DNA of 64,000 bases from Ignavibacteria bacterium (GTDB taxonomy: Bacteria > Bacteroidota > Ignavibacteria > Ch128b). Numbering within the stretch: position 1 is the first letter of the stretch; every line of letters starts with the position of its first letter. The position numbers were made by a program, and so were the translations under genes. Below, one piece after another: positions 39,582 through 49,907 of this stretch. The notes beneath the pieces were generated by a model that did no database searches, was not told where the DNA came from, and worked only from the letters and a program-made list of their open reading frames with translations. The stretch is taken from positions 1,527,573 to 1,591,572 of the forward strand of contig JABLYA010000001.1 in assembly GCA_013177855.1 (NCBI GenBank), given 5' to 3'.

Positions 39582-40555
39582 GTCAGGCTGAGCTTGTCGA
39601 AGCCTGACGACAATTAAACTTAAAGCATTCTTTAAGGTCATACTTCGTCAAGTCTCAGGATGACCTCAAATTTTCGCTGTCATACTGAGTTCATCGAAGT
39701 ATGACGGCGATTATTGAGAACATTTGAGTTAATATCATCCTTCGTCAAGGCTCAGGTTAACAATTCCTTAAAAAAATCATAATGGGTCGCTCCTATGGAG
39801 CTTAAATATTTTTTGTTGGTTTTGCTCTCTACTACAAATAGGTCGCTTCTACAAAGCTTTTAAAGAATAAAATTTAGTAGGTAAGAAAAATAAAAGTCGC
39901 GTAGTGATGAACGATTTGTAGCAGAATAATTACTGAGCCCGAAACAAATTGAAGTTGCATAGCAACGACCTCTTTGTAGAGAAAATTATGAACAACTAAA
40001 AAGCTAAAGTCGCGTAGCGACGACCTATCGTAGATATAATTATAAACCGCATAAAGAATTAAATCCAAAATGGAAGAAATTATTATAGAGAAAAACAATC
40101 ACAAACAAAAAAATAAAAAAATAAAAACCCCGCAGGGGTTTAATGTGAATAGCCCCCAATCGCATTGGGGGGTAAGTGAGAACAAAAAAACAAAGAACCC
40201 CAAAGGGGTTCAATTATAACAGAAATTGTTTTAAACGATCCTAAAAATTCAATTGCAAATCAAACATTAAAAATATTTTGAACCTCTCATTTAACCCCTT
40301 CAGGGTTGGAATTATCTTTTGGCGATATTTACCGAGTGCAACTCGGGGCTAATCATATTCAACTCCTTCGGAGTTGGTGAAAATCAACCAGAATAAGATA
40401 TTGATTACAATTTCATTAACTGATAAATCCAGAATGGATGAAATTATTATAGAAAGAAGAAGTGCGCATAAGAAAAAATCCTGAAGGTATGACATTCCGT
40501 TCGTCGAGGCTCAGGATTACAATTCTCTGTCAGGCTGAGCTTGTCAAAGCCTGAC
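39582..40555. repeat. Repeat-rich module A: conserved-loop hairpins + GTCGC/TGTAG-type repeats + tetraloop hairpin array
   Basis: Contains gtcaggctgagcttgtcgaagcctgac (39582-39608), gtcatactgagttcatcgaagtatgac (39679-39705), degenerate units, GTCGC..TGTAG modules (39780-40040), core 40061-40456 and a terminal hairpin 40529-40555. Confidence 0.75.
40061..40456. repeat. Core element copy A: array of six GC-stem short-loop hairpins bounded by about 35-bp direct repeats
   Basis: Bounding repeats aaatccaaaatggaagaaattattatagagaaaaa (40061-40095) and aaatccagaatggatgaaattattatagaaag (40425-40456); hairpins at 40126-40140, 40153-40172, 40195-40211, 40293-40309, 40332-40346, 40360-40376. Confidence 0.75.
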
Positions 40556-40748
40556 GACATTAAAACTATAAACATTTTTTAGGATTACATTTTTTAATTC
40601 TGAACGATACTGAAGAAAGGTAATTGTCAGAAAAAAGATGAGTTTAAAAAATAAAAGTAAGAGCTGCCCAGTTTTTTTGTTGATGCTCATTTAAGATAGA
40701 GATATTAAATTTTTTCTCTGGACAGCTCTAATTGAAGAGCAATAATTT

Positions 40749-43700
40749 TTATTTCAAATAGACCATTTTCTTTATTGATTTATAATCTCCAGAAATTAAT
40801 TGGTAGAAATATATTCCACTTGGAATTTTGTACTGAGCAGCATCAAAAATAAAGCTATAGATACCTGCTTCTCTTTCTTCATCAATCAATGTAGAGATTT
40901 CTCTGCCAATCACATCGAACAATTTTAACTGAACTCTGGATTTTTCTTTTAATGCAAACTTAATCTTTGTAACAGGATTAAACGGATTTGGATAATTTTG
41001 ATAAAGTTCAGTTCTATCTGGAATTGTAACAGGTGAAAGTTTTAACAGCTTTATGTTTTTATCCTCGATAACTAATTCATCACCGGGCGTAAGTGTTTGG
41101 CTAATCTCTTGATTAGGCTCGCTTTCAACTTTGACTTTTAATTTTGTTGATTTAATTCTAATTGGATATTCTCCCGAGTTTATGATCAAATAATTTTCCT
41201 TATTAACATTTTCAACAAATCGATTTGAAGAAAATCGAACATCAAAAATTTGAGCTGGTGGAGTTGGTGGCAATTCAAACAAATCATTTTCCAAATTGTC
41301 ACTCAGATAAAGTTTTACGCTTCGATCTTGATTATCTGTAATTATTAATTCACCAGCGTCACTTAATATTTTTTCAAGTGTTGAGAATTTAGACTTTACT
41401 TTCCCCATATTTTGATTAAAAATAATTTTCCCATCTTGAGAAACTTTTATCCAGTAACCTTTGCCTTTTTGAATTGTGCTGGCAACAAAATATCCATTCT
41501 GGTAACCGAAGAAATAAGATTGCAAAATGTCAGGCGGATTCGTTGTAATCGAATTCACTGAAACATCATTTTCAAATCCACCAATTAAATTCCATCCAGC
41601 TTTTACATTAGCAAAAGGATTTTCAATTGGTAAACCGCAAACCGTAACTTGAGTTGAGTTTGGATATTTCAACCAATAACCTTTTCCATTTGAAAGAGTA
41701 TCAACTGTGTAGTAACCGATTGATTGACTAAATGCAAACGCTGATGATGTTGCATTTGGAAAGATATCAGTCTTTGACATATTTGTTCTTGCAACAGGAA
41801 CAGAAACAATATTCCATCCTGAATTTAAAGAAAAGTTAACGCACAACTCAGTTCTAATCGAAAAAGTATTGTCGCTAATATCGAAGACATTTGGATTTTC
41901 AAGAGAAGAAATTTTAATCAAACATTGTTCTGAAGTAGAACCCGTTACTAACCATTCATAAGAACCAGATTGAGCAGCAATGTTTGTTGCAATTAGATTC
42001 CATGTGCTTCCATTATTAGTCGAAATTTCTATTTTCACATTGTTTACATTCGTACTTGTCCACTCAATTAATTTATGTTGATTCACATACCAGATTTCAC
42101 CGCCATTTGGTTTTGTAACTTGAATTGAACTTGCTTGAACAACTACACCACCAGAGAGCAGCGCAACATTACCAAGATTTGACCCAACCAAAATTTCTTT
42201 TGAACCATTATTATCAAGATCAGGGACAACAGCAACTTCTCTTGCCTGAGTATTTCCACCAAATGAATAAAGAGCCAGTTCATTACCATTGCTGCCATTT
42301 ACAATTAGAGCTCCTTGATTTTGTACTGCAAACACAACATCATCGGAGCCGTCTCCATTTAAGTCTGGAATTATATCAACACCCATAGTATTGCCAGTTG
42401 ATTTGTACCATAGAGTATTTCCATTTGCACCATCAACACAAACAGCGCCGCCTGCTAAAATTGAAATTACAACTTCATCAACTCCATCTCCGTTTACATC
42501 TCTTAAGATTTTCATTTGAGTTGGTGCACCGCCGCCGGTTGAAAATGTCCACAGAGGTAAACCAGTTGTTCCTTTCAATCGATAAACTGGGCCCCAGAAA
42601 GCTCCAGCAATTACATCAGGTTTTTGACCTGGAACTGGAAATACTAAAACTTCTTTTGCACCGCCAGTATTCGAACCAACTTGATATGCCCAGATTAAAT
42701 TTCCATTTGCTCCGCTTAATGCCTGAAATTGATAAACTGGTTCACCAACTGTTGCAATGACATCTGGAATTCCATCATTGTTTATATCTGGAATTGCGGT
42801 AACTCCATGAGTAAATCCACCGACAAATCTTTGCCAGATAATTTGTCCATTTGGTCCATTGAAAAGATAAACCGATCTTCTTCCAGCTACTCCGCCTGAT
42901 TGAGTTGCACTTGCAGCTGCTATTACATCTGGAATACCATCGTTATTAAAATCGGTTGTTGCATCGACACCAGTTATATCACCTAAAGCAAAACTATCGG
43001 GATGATCAGTTCCAAATTTCCATAACATTTGACCTGTTTTGCCATTTAAAGCATAAACGGACTCATTTCCACCACCTGTTCCGATTACTACATCATTAAA
43101 GCCATCGCCATTTAAGTCACTTGCGATTGAAAGCGCTTTTTGATAAGAATAATCTCCGGTTGAGCCAATAGAACCTGCACTTGAATTTGAAATGTAAGTA
43201 TTAAAAGACCACAGAGTATCATTCCCGCCTGAAGAATTTCCATTTAATGCTGCAGTCCAATAGTTTTCAGTGCAGACAATTACATCAGATTTGCCATCAC
43301 CGGTTATATCGTTGATAGCTCTAATTCCTTTTATGGTTCTGTATGTGTTTGAAATTGGATGATTGGGCATTGTATGAGTCCATAAAGGTTGAGCAAGTGA
43401 AAGATTCTGAATTTCGCCTGTGCCTGTTAAAAAAATCTTTGCTTCTGGAGCATTTGTAGAATTGTTGATGATTCTTAAAGTATCAGAAATTAATCCTGAA
43501 GATCTTGGATTGAACCACACTCTTACATATTTAAAACTATTAGCAGGTAAATTTAAAGGAAAGATATCTGGTTCAAGATAAAAATCTGGAATTGATGTAT
43601 TCCATGAAAAAATGTTAATTGGTTGATTGCTTAAGTTTTCAATTTTCATCCACCAGAAATTTGTGCTTCCAACTCTTTTGGTTCCAAAATTATAAGACGG

Positions 43701-44885
43701 CGGAACACTAATTACTCCCTGACCATAAATTCCATTTCCAACCAATCTTATCACCTGCGCAGGTCGTGATAAATCATTGTGATAAATATAGAGATGAGAA
43801 CTATCCGAACCGTATGCGATTGGCGAAAAGAAGATTTGAAAGCTCAGATTACCATTTGGTTGAATGATTGCTGGTGTTGTTAGATTAGTTGTAAATCTTG
43901 ATGAGTAGAAAAATCTTAGGCTGTCAATTACGAGATTTGCAGTTCCATTATTAACAATTGTTGCGGTAATCTGTCCTGAATTTCCAAGAACAACATTACC
44001 AAAATCAAAAAATTTTGTTGGGATGTTAATAGATGGACTTCCACCGCCAATTACATATTTAAAGATTTGTCTGCCCGATGATGCACCAACAGGTTCAGCA
44101 AGGAGGTAAAGGTAATTTCCATCCCAAGCAAGTCCTCTTGGATTTTGTCGTTGTCCGGGTGTTTCAGGAAGCGGGAATGAAAAAAGAGTATCTTTTGTAA
44201 ATCTGTTTACAGCATAAATTCTTTCCGGGTCTCCATCAAATCCATCCATTACATAAAATATTGTATCTCCTTTGACTGCAATACCCTGAGGTTGTAAACC
44301 AAAAACTGGAATTGTATCTGTAACCTGACTTGTGTTTATATCAATCCGATAAAGTGCAGCACTTGAATTTGGATAGTAAACTGAAGCCCATATTTGTCCG
44401 TCATAAGCAAGTCCGCCAAGATAAACGCTTGAAGCAGTAGGCCAATTCAATGAATCAAGTATCTGACCATTTTTAGCAATTCTAATAATTCTACATCTTG
44501 CTGTGTATCTTTGAACAAAGTAAAAAACATTTCCATCTGTTGTTAAACCCTGTGATGAGTTCACATGTGAACTGCTAAAGATTACACTATCTCGAATTAT
44601 ACCAAGCGTATCAACTGCATAGAGTTTTGCCCCTAAATTTCCAGTCGAATATGAACTTGAAACCCACAAAAGTCCATCTCGAATTGTTAAACCATATCCA
44701 TAGTTAAAGAAATTGTCGTTGGGCAAATTGATTACCTGGACAAGTGTTTGCCCGTTTAAAATTTTAGTGAGCAACAAATAGATTATTAAAGTTATAATGA
44801 ATGATATTATGAAACTCTTTTTTGGTTTTTGTGGGTTTGTAGTTTTTCTATTAGAAAAAAGCGGCAGGAAATTATCTGATTTCAT
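40749..44885 (-). CDS. Very large secreted FG-GAP/VCBS-repeat beta-propeller protein with T9SS C-terminal domain
   Basis: FG-GAP-like repeats (DLNGDGFNDVVIGTGGG, DINNDGIPDVIATVG, DVNGDGVDEVVISI, DLNGDGSDDVVFAV, DLDNNGSKEILVGS); CTD LYQNYPNPFNPVTKIKFAL...KLFDVIGREI; 1378 aa. Confidence 0.6.
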   Translation of the reverse strand: MKSDNFLPLFSNRKTTNPQKPKKSFIISFIITLIIYLLLTKILNGQTLVQVINLPNDNFFNYGYGLTIRDGLLWVSSSYSTGNLGAKLYAVDTLGIIRDSVIFSSSHVNSSQGLTTDGNVFYFVQRYTARCRIIRIAKNGQILDSLNWPTASSVYLGGLAYDGQIWASVYYPNSSAALYRIDINTSQVTDTIPVFGLQPQGIAVKGDTIFYVMDGFDGDPERIYAVNRFTKDTLFSFPLPETPGQRQNPRGLAWDGNYLYLLAEPVGASSGRQIFKYVIGGGSPSINIPTKFFDFGNVVLGNSGQITATIVNNGTANLVIDSLRFFYSSRFTTNLTTPAIIQPNGNLSFQIFFSPIAYGSDSSHLYIYHNDLSRPAQVIRLVGNGIYGQGVISVPPSYNFGTKRVGSTNFWWMKIENLSNQPINIFSWNTSIPDFYLEPDIFPLNLPANSFKYVRVWFNPRSSGLISDTLRIINNSTNAPEAKIFLTGTGEIQNLSLAQPLWTHTMPNHPISNTYRTIKGIRAINDITGDGKSDVIVCTENYWTAALNGNSSGGNDTLWSFNTYISNSSAGSIGSTGDYSYQKALSIASDLNGDGFNDVVIGTGGGNESVYALNGKTGQMLWKFGTDHPDSFALGDITGVDATTDFNNDGIPDVIAAASATQSGGVAGRRSVYLFNGPNGQIIWQRFVGGFTHGVTAIPDINNDGIPDVIATVGEPVYQFQALSGANGNLIWAYQVGSNTGGAKEVLVFPVPGQKPDVIAGAFWGPVYRLKGTTGLPLWTFSTGGGAPTQMKILRDVNGDGVDEVVISILAGGAVCVDGANGNTLWYKSTGNTMGVDIIPDLNGDGSDDVVFAVQNQGALIVNGSNGNELALYSFGGNTQAREVAVVPDLDNNGSKEILVGSNLGNVALLSGGVVVQASSIQVTKPNGGEIWYVNQHKLIEWTSTNVNNVKIEISTNNGSTWNLIATNIAAQSGSYEWLVTGSTSEQCLIKISSLENPNVFDISDNTFSIRTELCVNFSLNSGWNIVSVPVARTNMSKTDIFPNATSSAFAFSQSIGYYTVDTLSNGKGYWLKYPNSTQVTVCGLPIENPFANVKAGWNLIGGFENDVSVNSITTNPPDILQSYFFGYQNGYFVASTIQKGKGYWIKVSQDGKIIFNQNMGKVKSKFSTLEKILSDAGELIITDNQDRSVKLYLSDNLENDLFELPPTPPAQIFDVRFSSNRFVENVNKENYLIINSGEYPIRIKSTKLKVKVESEPNQEISQTLTPGDELVIEDKNIKLLKLSPVTIPDRTELYQNYPNPFNPVTKIKFALKEKSRVQLKLFDVIGREISTLIDEEREAGIYSFIFDAAQYKIPSGIYFYQLISGDYKSIKKMVYLK

Positions 44886-45137
44886 AAGTCACCTCAATTA
44901 AATGTTATGACCTGGTTCAAATTAATTAATTATTTTTTTAAAATCCTGGAAAAGATTTGAATGAAAATGAGGGTATTTGATTTTCTTTCTCTATAAATCT
45001 TATAAGGGAAGATTATTGTATTAACAGGCTCGAGGTAATTTGAATTTAAATGAAAGTTCTTTATTAAAAGTCTTAATGGATTTGAATTTCAAATAAAAGC
45101 TGACTACTTTTGAATTGTAAACATAAGGGGTTCAAAA

Positions 45138-45317
45138 ATGAAGAATAAAGTTATTTTAATCCTTCTCATTGTCGCCGCTCTAAGTATTGTAATAGGACTA
45201 ATTGGAAAATTTTCCGGCTCTTTTATTGTTTTTGCAAATGCAACTTGGCATATGTTCGCTCAAACCTGTTTATTGGCTGCCATTGCATTTGGGGTCGGTA
45301 AACTCCTGGAGAAATAA
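45138..45317 (+). CDS. Small predicted membrane protein (59 aa, two hydrophobic helices), not in the supplied ORF track
   Basis: ATG at 45138 preceded by aagggg 8 nt upstream; MKNKVILILLIVAALSIVIGLIGKFSGSFIVFANATWHMFAQTCLLAAIAFGVGKLLEK; TAA stop at 45315-45317. Confidence 0.35.
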   Translation: MKNKVILILLIVAALSIVIGLIGKFSGSFIVFANATWHMFAQTCLLAAIAFGVGKLLEK

Positions 45318-46279
45318 AATTTAATTTGTCTAAAAATTTTTCAGATTAATTCTGCTTAAAAAAGTATTAATTCTTCTCTTTCATTAAAATCATTATTAAA
45401 CACAACTCTTGAAAGTTGCATTGGGTGAAGAGCTTTAAATTCGGGGAATTGTAAATCATTAATTTCAAATTGAACCAGGCTTCTGTGCAGCTGGCATCTT
45501 CAAATGTAAAAGTAAATCTATCATAATCATCTGGTTGAGCTGGTGTCCTTTTACAGGTTAAGGTTGTTAGAGCTGTGGTAAACAAAAAATGAAAAATGAA
45601 AATTTTTTTAAAAGACTAAAAATAAATCCTCCTGTGATATAGGAGAAAAATAAGAATTAATAAAATGAAATCCTTTGCTTGTGATTTTGTAAACAAGAAT
45701 TTTAAAGCTGTTTAATATATGCGGGGGGCGGACATTAGAGGACTTACACTGATTATTGTATTTGAGATTTTAATAATCATCTTTTTCGCTAAAAGGCTTA
45801 ATGGGTATTTACTAATCTAAAAACATTTTTCAATTATGTTTTTATGAGATTTATCTATAACAATACTCAGATTAAAAAATATTGGGATATGAATATTTAT
45901 TGAATGAAATTCATAGAATGTAAATGTTATACAAATAGTTGTTCTTTCTAAAAGAGATTTATTTGTTTCCGGGAAAATTGCTTCGCTTAACTTACAATAG
46001 ATTTTATTTTTGAAAATTTTCCGTTAAAAAATTATTGACCTTAAATGATGATGCACATAAAAAATAGTATTCTTAGCTTATAGAAATTTATCTAAGATGG
46101 AAAGTACAGACACAGAACTGTTCAGTTGTTATTTTTCATTTATCTGTTATTTTTTCGGTATGAGTTAAATTATACTCTTTAATATCAAAATTCCATTTAC
46201 ACAAATTTTAAAGACTCTGAGGTTTGCTTAATTTCATTGGACAAATGTAAGATTAAAGTTAAAATTTTTAATCAATTTC

Positions 46280-48454
46280 TTATTTCATCAAAATAAATTT
46301 TTTAGTTTGAACCAAAGAATTGTTTTTCAATTGATAAATATAAACTCCTGTACTTAGATTATATTGATCGGCATTGAATTCAATTTCGTATTCCCCGATT
46401 TGTTTATGTTCATTCACAAGAGTTACAATTTCCTGGCCGAGTAGGTTGTAGATTCTTAAGCTTGTAAATCCAGAGATAGGGATTGAGAATTTAATTTTTG
46501 TTTTTGAATTAAACGGATTAGGATAGTTTTGAAAGAGAATAAATTTTTTTTCAATGTAATTATTATCATAAACATTGGTTGGTAGATTAACGCCACTTAT
46601 ACCATTTTCATTAAAAATTGCGAGACCCCAGTCTTGGCCATAGTCACTGGCAATCCATTTATTATTGAATTTATCAATTTTTATATCCACAATGCTTCGG
46701 TTAGTTGTTTGATCAAATAAAGTAAAATTTGTCCCATCATATTTCAATAATCCATCATCAGTTCCTATCCAGAGATTATTAAATTTATCAACGGTAATAA
46801 CATTAATATAATTATTAGTGAAAGGTGCGTTATTTGAGTTAAATACAATAAATGTTGAGTCATTTATCCATTTTAATAATCCCATTCTTCTTGTACCAAG
46901 CCAGCGTGTACCATATAAATCTTTAACAAAATAAGTAATTTCTTGACTTGGCATTTTAGTATTAGTTGTATCATAGATTTTCCATTCGTTATTGTATAGT
47001 AAAACCAGCCCTTTAAATGTACAAATCCAAATCGAATCGCCGTAAGGAATTACCAACATACCATTATTTGAGGGTAAAGGAGAATTAGATGTGTTAAAAA
47101 AATAATAATTATTTAAGCTATCAACTTTCAAAACTCCACTTCCTACGGGTGCAATTATCCATTTATTTCTTGACTTATCAATGTTCATTCTTGGATATTT
47201 GACAGCAATTAAAGGAGTAGAGTATGAACTAAAAGAATAACCATCAAAACTGATTAACCCTTTTCCAACCATATATAACCAGATAATGTTGTTACTATCA
47301 ATTGCAGATATAAAATGATTTGGATTAACATTAAATGTGTCTGAGATTTTCCAATAATACCAATTAAATCCATCATACTTTATAAGAGCATTATAAGTAT
47401 TATATAAACTGAATGATAACCATACATTTTCGTTCTTGTCGATAATAATGTTGTATACATCCTGTCGTAAATATTGCGAGGTATCAAATCTAATGAACAA
47501 CCATTGATCTGAATCTTTACTTAGATTTCTTGAAATAAACAGAGGTATCTGAAATGGTTTAAAATTATTGTCACCAGTTAAATTAATTGATTGCTTTTGG
47601 ATTTCAGGATTTATCGTGATGGATTTTATGGGCGAAGGATTACTTGACATAAGATTTGTATTTATTGTCCAGACGCGATATTCAACAGTAATTGAATTAT
47701 TTCCCCCATTCCAGGTAATATCATAATCAATGAAATGATTTTCGTTTGTTTGATTTAATTTAAACCAGTTACTGTTATTTTTTCTTCTTTCTATTAAAAA
47801 TCCTGTATAAAATTCTTTACATTCCCAAAAAAGAAAAGGGTGGTTATCATAATTATTAATATTAAGCTCAATAATTTGTGGCGGTTCAAAATATTTTGTG
47901 ACGGGTAAGCCTTGATTTTTTATCTCCCAAACTTTCAATAATGAACCTGCCTTAAATGTGTACCAATTAGTTTTATCGACACTATAATTTAATGTATTTG
48001 TACCAAAATCAAATTTGATAAAAATATCAGGATTATAGCTGTTTGATACACTACCACTCCATCTACAATCCCTTGTGTCCAGATAAAAATAAAGATTGTT
48101 ATTTTTTGAATTAATTATTTTATAAAATCCATATGTGATTACAGGGGAATAACCACTTCTATAAGAAAACCAGCAGTTCCATTTCGATGGATCATTATTA
48201 CTGATCCCAGTAGTTTCTAATTCACTGTTAATTAAACTCGAGTCGTTAGTAATTGAAAAAATAGTGTCAGATGGATTAATCCAGGTAATTCTTTCACTTT
48301 CAAGAAAATATTTAACCTTTTCGTTTTCATCAACACCAAATGTACCTACAAACAAAACGCCTTCAGTAATTTTTTCTTGAGATAATAAATTAAAATAGGA
48401 TATGAATAATAAAAGGAGTGTGAAAAATTTTTTCATATTATATCTCCTAAACAA
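46280..48454 (-). CDS. Secreted beta-propeller (two-component-regulator-propeller-like repeats) protein with T9SS C-terminal domain
   Basis: Repeats of the type NNLWIGTDDGLLKYDGTNFTLF, NKWIASDYG, RWLGTRRMGLLKW; CTD ILFQNYPNPFNSKTKIKFSIP...RIYNLLGQEI; real start may be the internal Met of MKKFFTLLLLF. Confidence 0.55.
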   Translation of the reverse strand: MFRRYNMKKFFTLLLLFISYFNLLSQEKITEGVLFVGTFGVDENEKVKYFLESERITWINPSDTIFSITNDSSLINSELETTGISNNDPSKWNCWFSYRSGYSPVITYGFYKIINSKNNNLYFYLDTRDCRWSGSVSNSYNPDIFIKFDFGTNTLNYSVDKTNWYTFKAGSLLKVWEIKNQGLPVTKYFEPPQIIELNINNYDNHPFLFWECKEFYTGFLIERRKNNSNWFKLNQTNENHFIDYDITWNGGNNSITVEYRVWTINTNLMSSNPSPIKSITINPEIQKQSINLTGDNNFKPFQIPLFISRNLSKDSDQWLFIRFDTSQYLRQDVYNIIIDKNENVWLSFSLYNTYNALIKYDGFNWYYWKISDTFNVNPNHFISAIDSNNIIWLYMVGKGLISFDGYSFSSYSTPLIAVKYPRMNIDKSRNKWIIAPVGSGVLKVDSLNNYYFFNTSNSPLPSNNGMLVIPYGDSIWICTFKGLVLLYNNEWKIYDTTNTKMPSQEITYFVKDLYGTRWLGTRRMGLLKWINDSTFIVFNSNNAPFTNNYINVITVDKFNNLWIGTDDGLLKYDGTNFTLFDQTTNRSIVDIKIDKFNNKWIASDYGQDWGLAIFNENGISGVNLPTNVYDNNYIEKKFILFQNYPNPFNSKTKIKFSIPISGFTSLRIYNLLGQEIVTLVNEHKQIGEYEIEFNADQYNLSTGVYIYQLKNNSLVQTKKFILMK

Positions 48455-48683
48455 AATCCAAACAAATATATTTTATTTTTTTTTAAAAAACAAATAAGCG
48501 TTAAGTATATATGAAAGCGGCTGATATATTTAAAAATGCTTAAATATGTTTTTTGTATTGGTCTTATTGTTACAGCCAATGTTTCTGAAACAAATTAAAT
48601 ATTTTTATTGTCAACAATTTTTAAAAACGTTTGTTTGAATATTTGACAAGCTCTGCCTTAGATTGAGCTTTTAGAAATTAATT

Positions 48684-49740
48684 GCTGTCATACTTCGATG
48701 AACTAAGTACGACAAAGAAGGGAATGTCATCCTGAGCTTGTCGAAGGGAATGTCATCCTGAGCCCCGACGAAGGATGACACAAAAGAATGTTTTAAATTT
48801 CATTGCTGTCAGGATTCGACTGGCTCAGCCTGACAAAGAATTGGCATCCTGAGGTCAGTCGAAGGATGACCTGAAAGAATATTTTATGTTTGATCGCTGT
48901 AATACTTCGATGAACTCAGTATGACAGCGGAATTGTCAACCTTAGCCCCGACGAATATAATGTCATCCCTTCAGGATTTTTTTATGGGTGCTTGTTTTTT
49001 TCTATAATAATTTCATCCATTCTGGATTTAATTTTCAATTAATCAAAAATAAATCAATATCTTTTTCTGATTGATTTACATCAACTCCAAAGGAGTTGAA
49101 TATGATTAACCCCGAGTTGCACTCGGGGAAATATTGTCAAAAGATGTTTCCAACCCTGAAGGGGTTGAATGTGAATTTCAAAATTTTTTGATGTCTGTTC
49201 TGCAATTGAATTTTTAAGATCGTTTAGAACAAATTCTGTTATAATTGAACCCCTTTGGGGTTCTGTGGGTTTTTGTTCTCATTTACCCCCAATCCGATTG
49301 GGGGCTATTCACATTAAACCCCTGCGGGGTTTTTATATTTTTTGTTTTTTATGTGTAAAGGTTTTTTCTATAATAATTTCATCCATTCTGGATTTAATTT
49401 TTATGCGGCACATAATTATTTCTACAGGGAGGTCGTTGCTGCGCAACTTTAATTTTTTTTCGGGCTTAGTAATTTTTTGAATACAAAGAGTCTATCGCAA
49501 CGCGATTACACATTTTTAGTTTTATCATTTTTATTCTGAAAATAGAACAACGCTATTTTATTTCTTTCAAGTTTGTTTTAATTATTTCATTTTTTTATGG
49601 TTTACTTTGAAATAAAAAATCATTTAGATAGATCTTCTTTCTATTGAACTTAAAAAATCTTCCTTGGAAGCGACCTATTTGTAGAGAAAGAACCAAACAA
49701 AAAATATCAAAGCTCTATCGGAGCGACCTATTAACATTAG
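48684..49740. repeat. Repeat-rich module B, inverted relative to module A
   Basis: Conserved-loop hairpins (e.g. gtcatcctgagccccgacgaaggatgac 48752-48779), core 48997-49402 that is the reverse complement of 40061-40456 by eye (hairpin order and loops inverted), then GTCGC/TGTAG-type modules to about 49740. Confidence 0.75.
48997..49402. repeat. Core element copy B (reverse-complement orientation of copy A)
   Basis: Bounding repeats ttttctataataatttcatccattctggatttaatttt at both ends; hairpins 49081-49099, 49109-49127, 49151-49167, 49247-49263, 49286-49304, 49317-49331 are reverse complements of those in copy A, in reversed order. Confidence 0.75.
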
Positions 49741-49907
49741 CTGTGAAAAACTGAATTTTAAAATATTTTTATTATCAATGGTGAATTAATAAACATTCTC
49801 AATTTTCTGAAAATTTGGAGAGAAATTTACGATCAATCAGATTTTATCAAGTATAAAAATTCTGTCTATGATTAAATCTTTTGATTGAAAAGGGGAGTGC
49901 TTTTTAA

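Noticed and set aside
39874-40098. ORF-track entry (74 aa, minus) and its counterpart 49265-49480 (71 aa, plus)
   Set aside because: Both lie entirely within the inverted repeat modules and their shared peptide FSIIISSILDLI is just the translation of the repeat; no RBS and low-complexity composition. Treated as non-coding.
39582-40555. Possible CRISPR array, because of dense short palindromic repeats (also 48684-49740)
   Set aside because: No constant direct repeat alternating with unique similar-length spacers; every hairpin has a different stem and spacing is irregular; no cas genes in the window.
42125-42760. Gln/His/Leu-rich plus-strand ORFs (87 and 120 aa)
   Set aside because: Antisense to the Gly/Asn-rich FG-GAP repeat region of the 1378-aa gene; low complexity, no start context.
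45367-45585. 72-aa minus-strand ORF between the two large T9SS cargo genes
   Set aside because: TTG start with no recognisable RBS, and no recognisable domain; cannot be supported from sequence alone.
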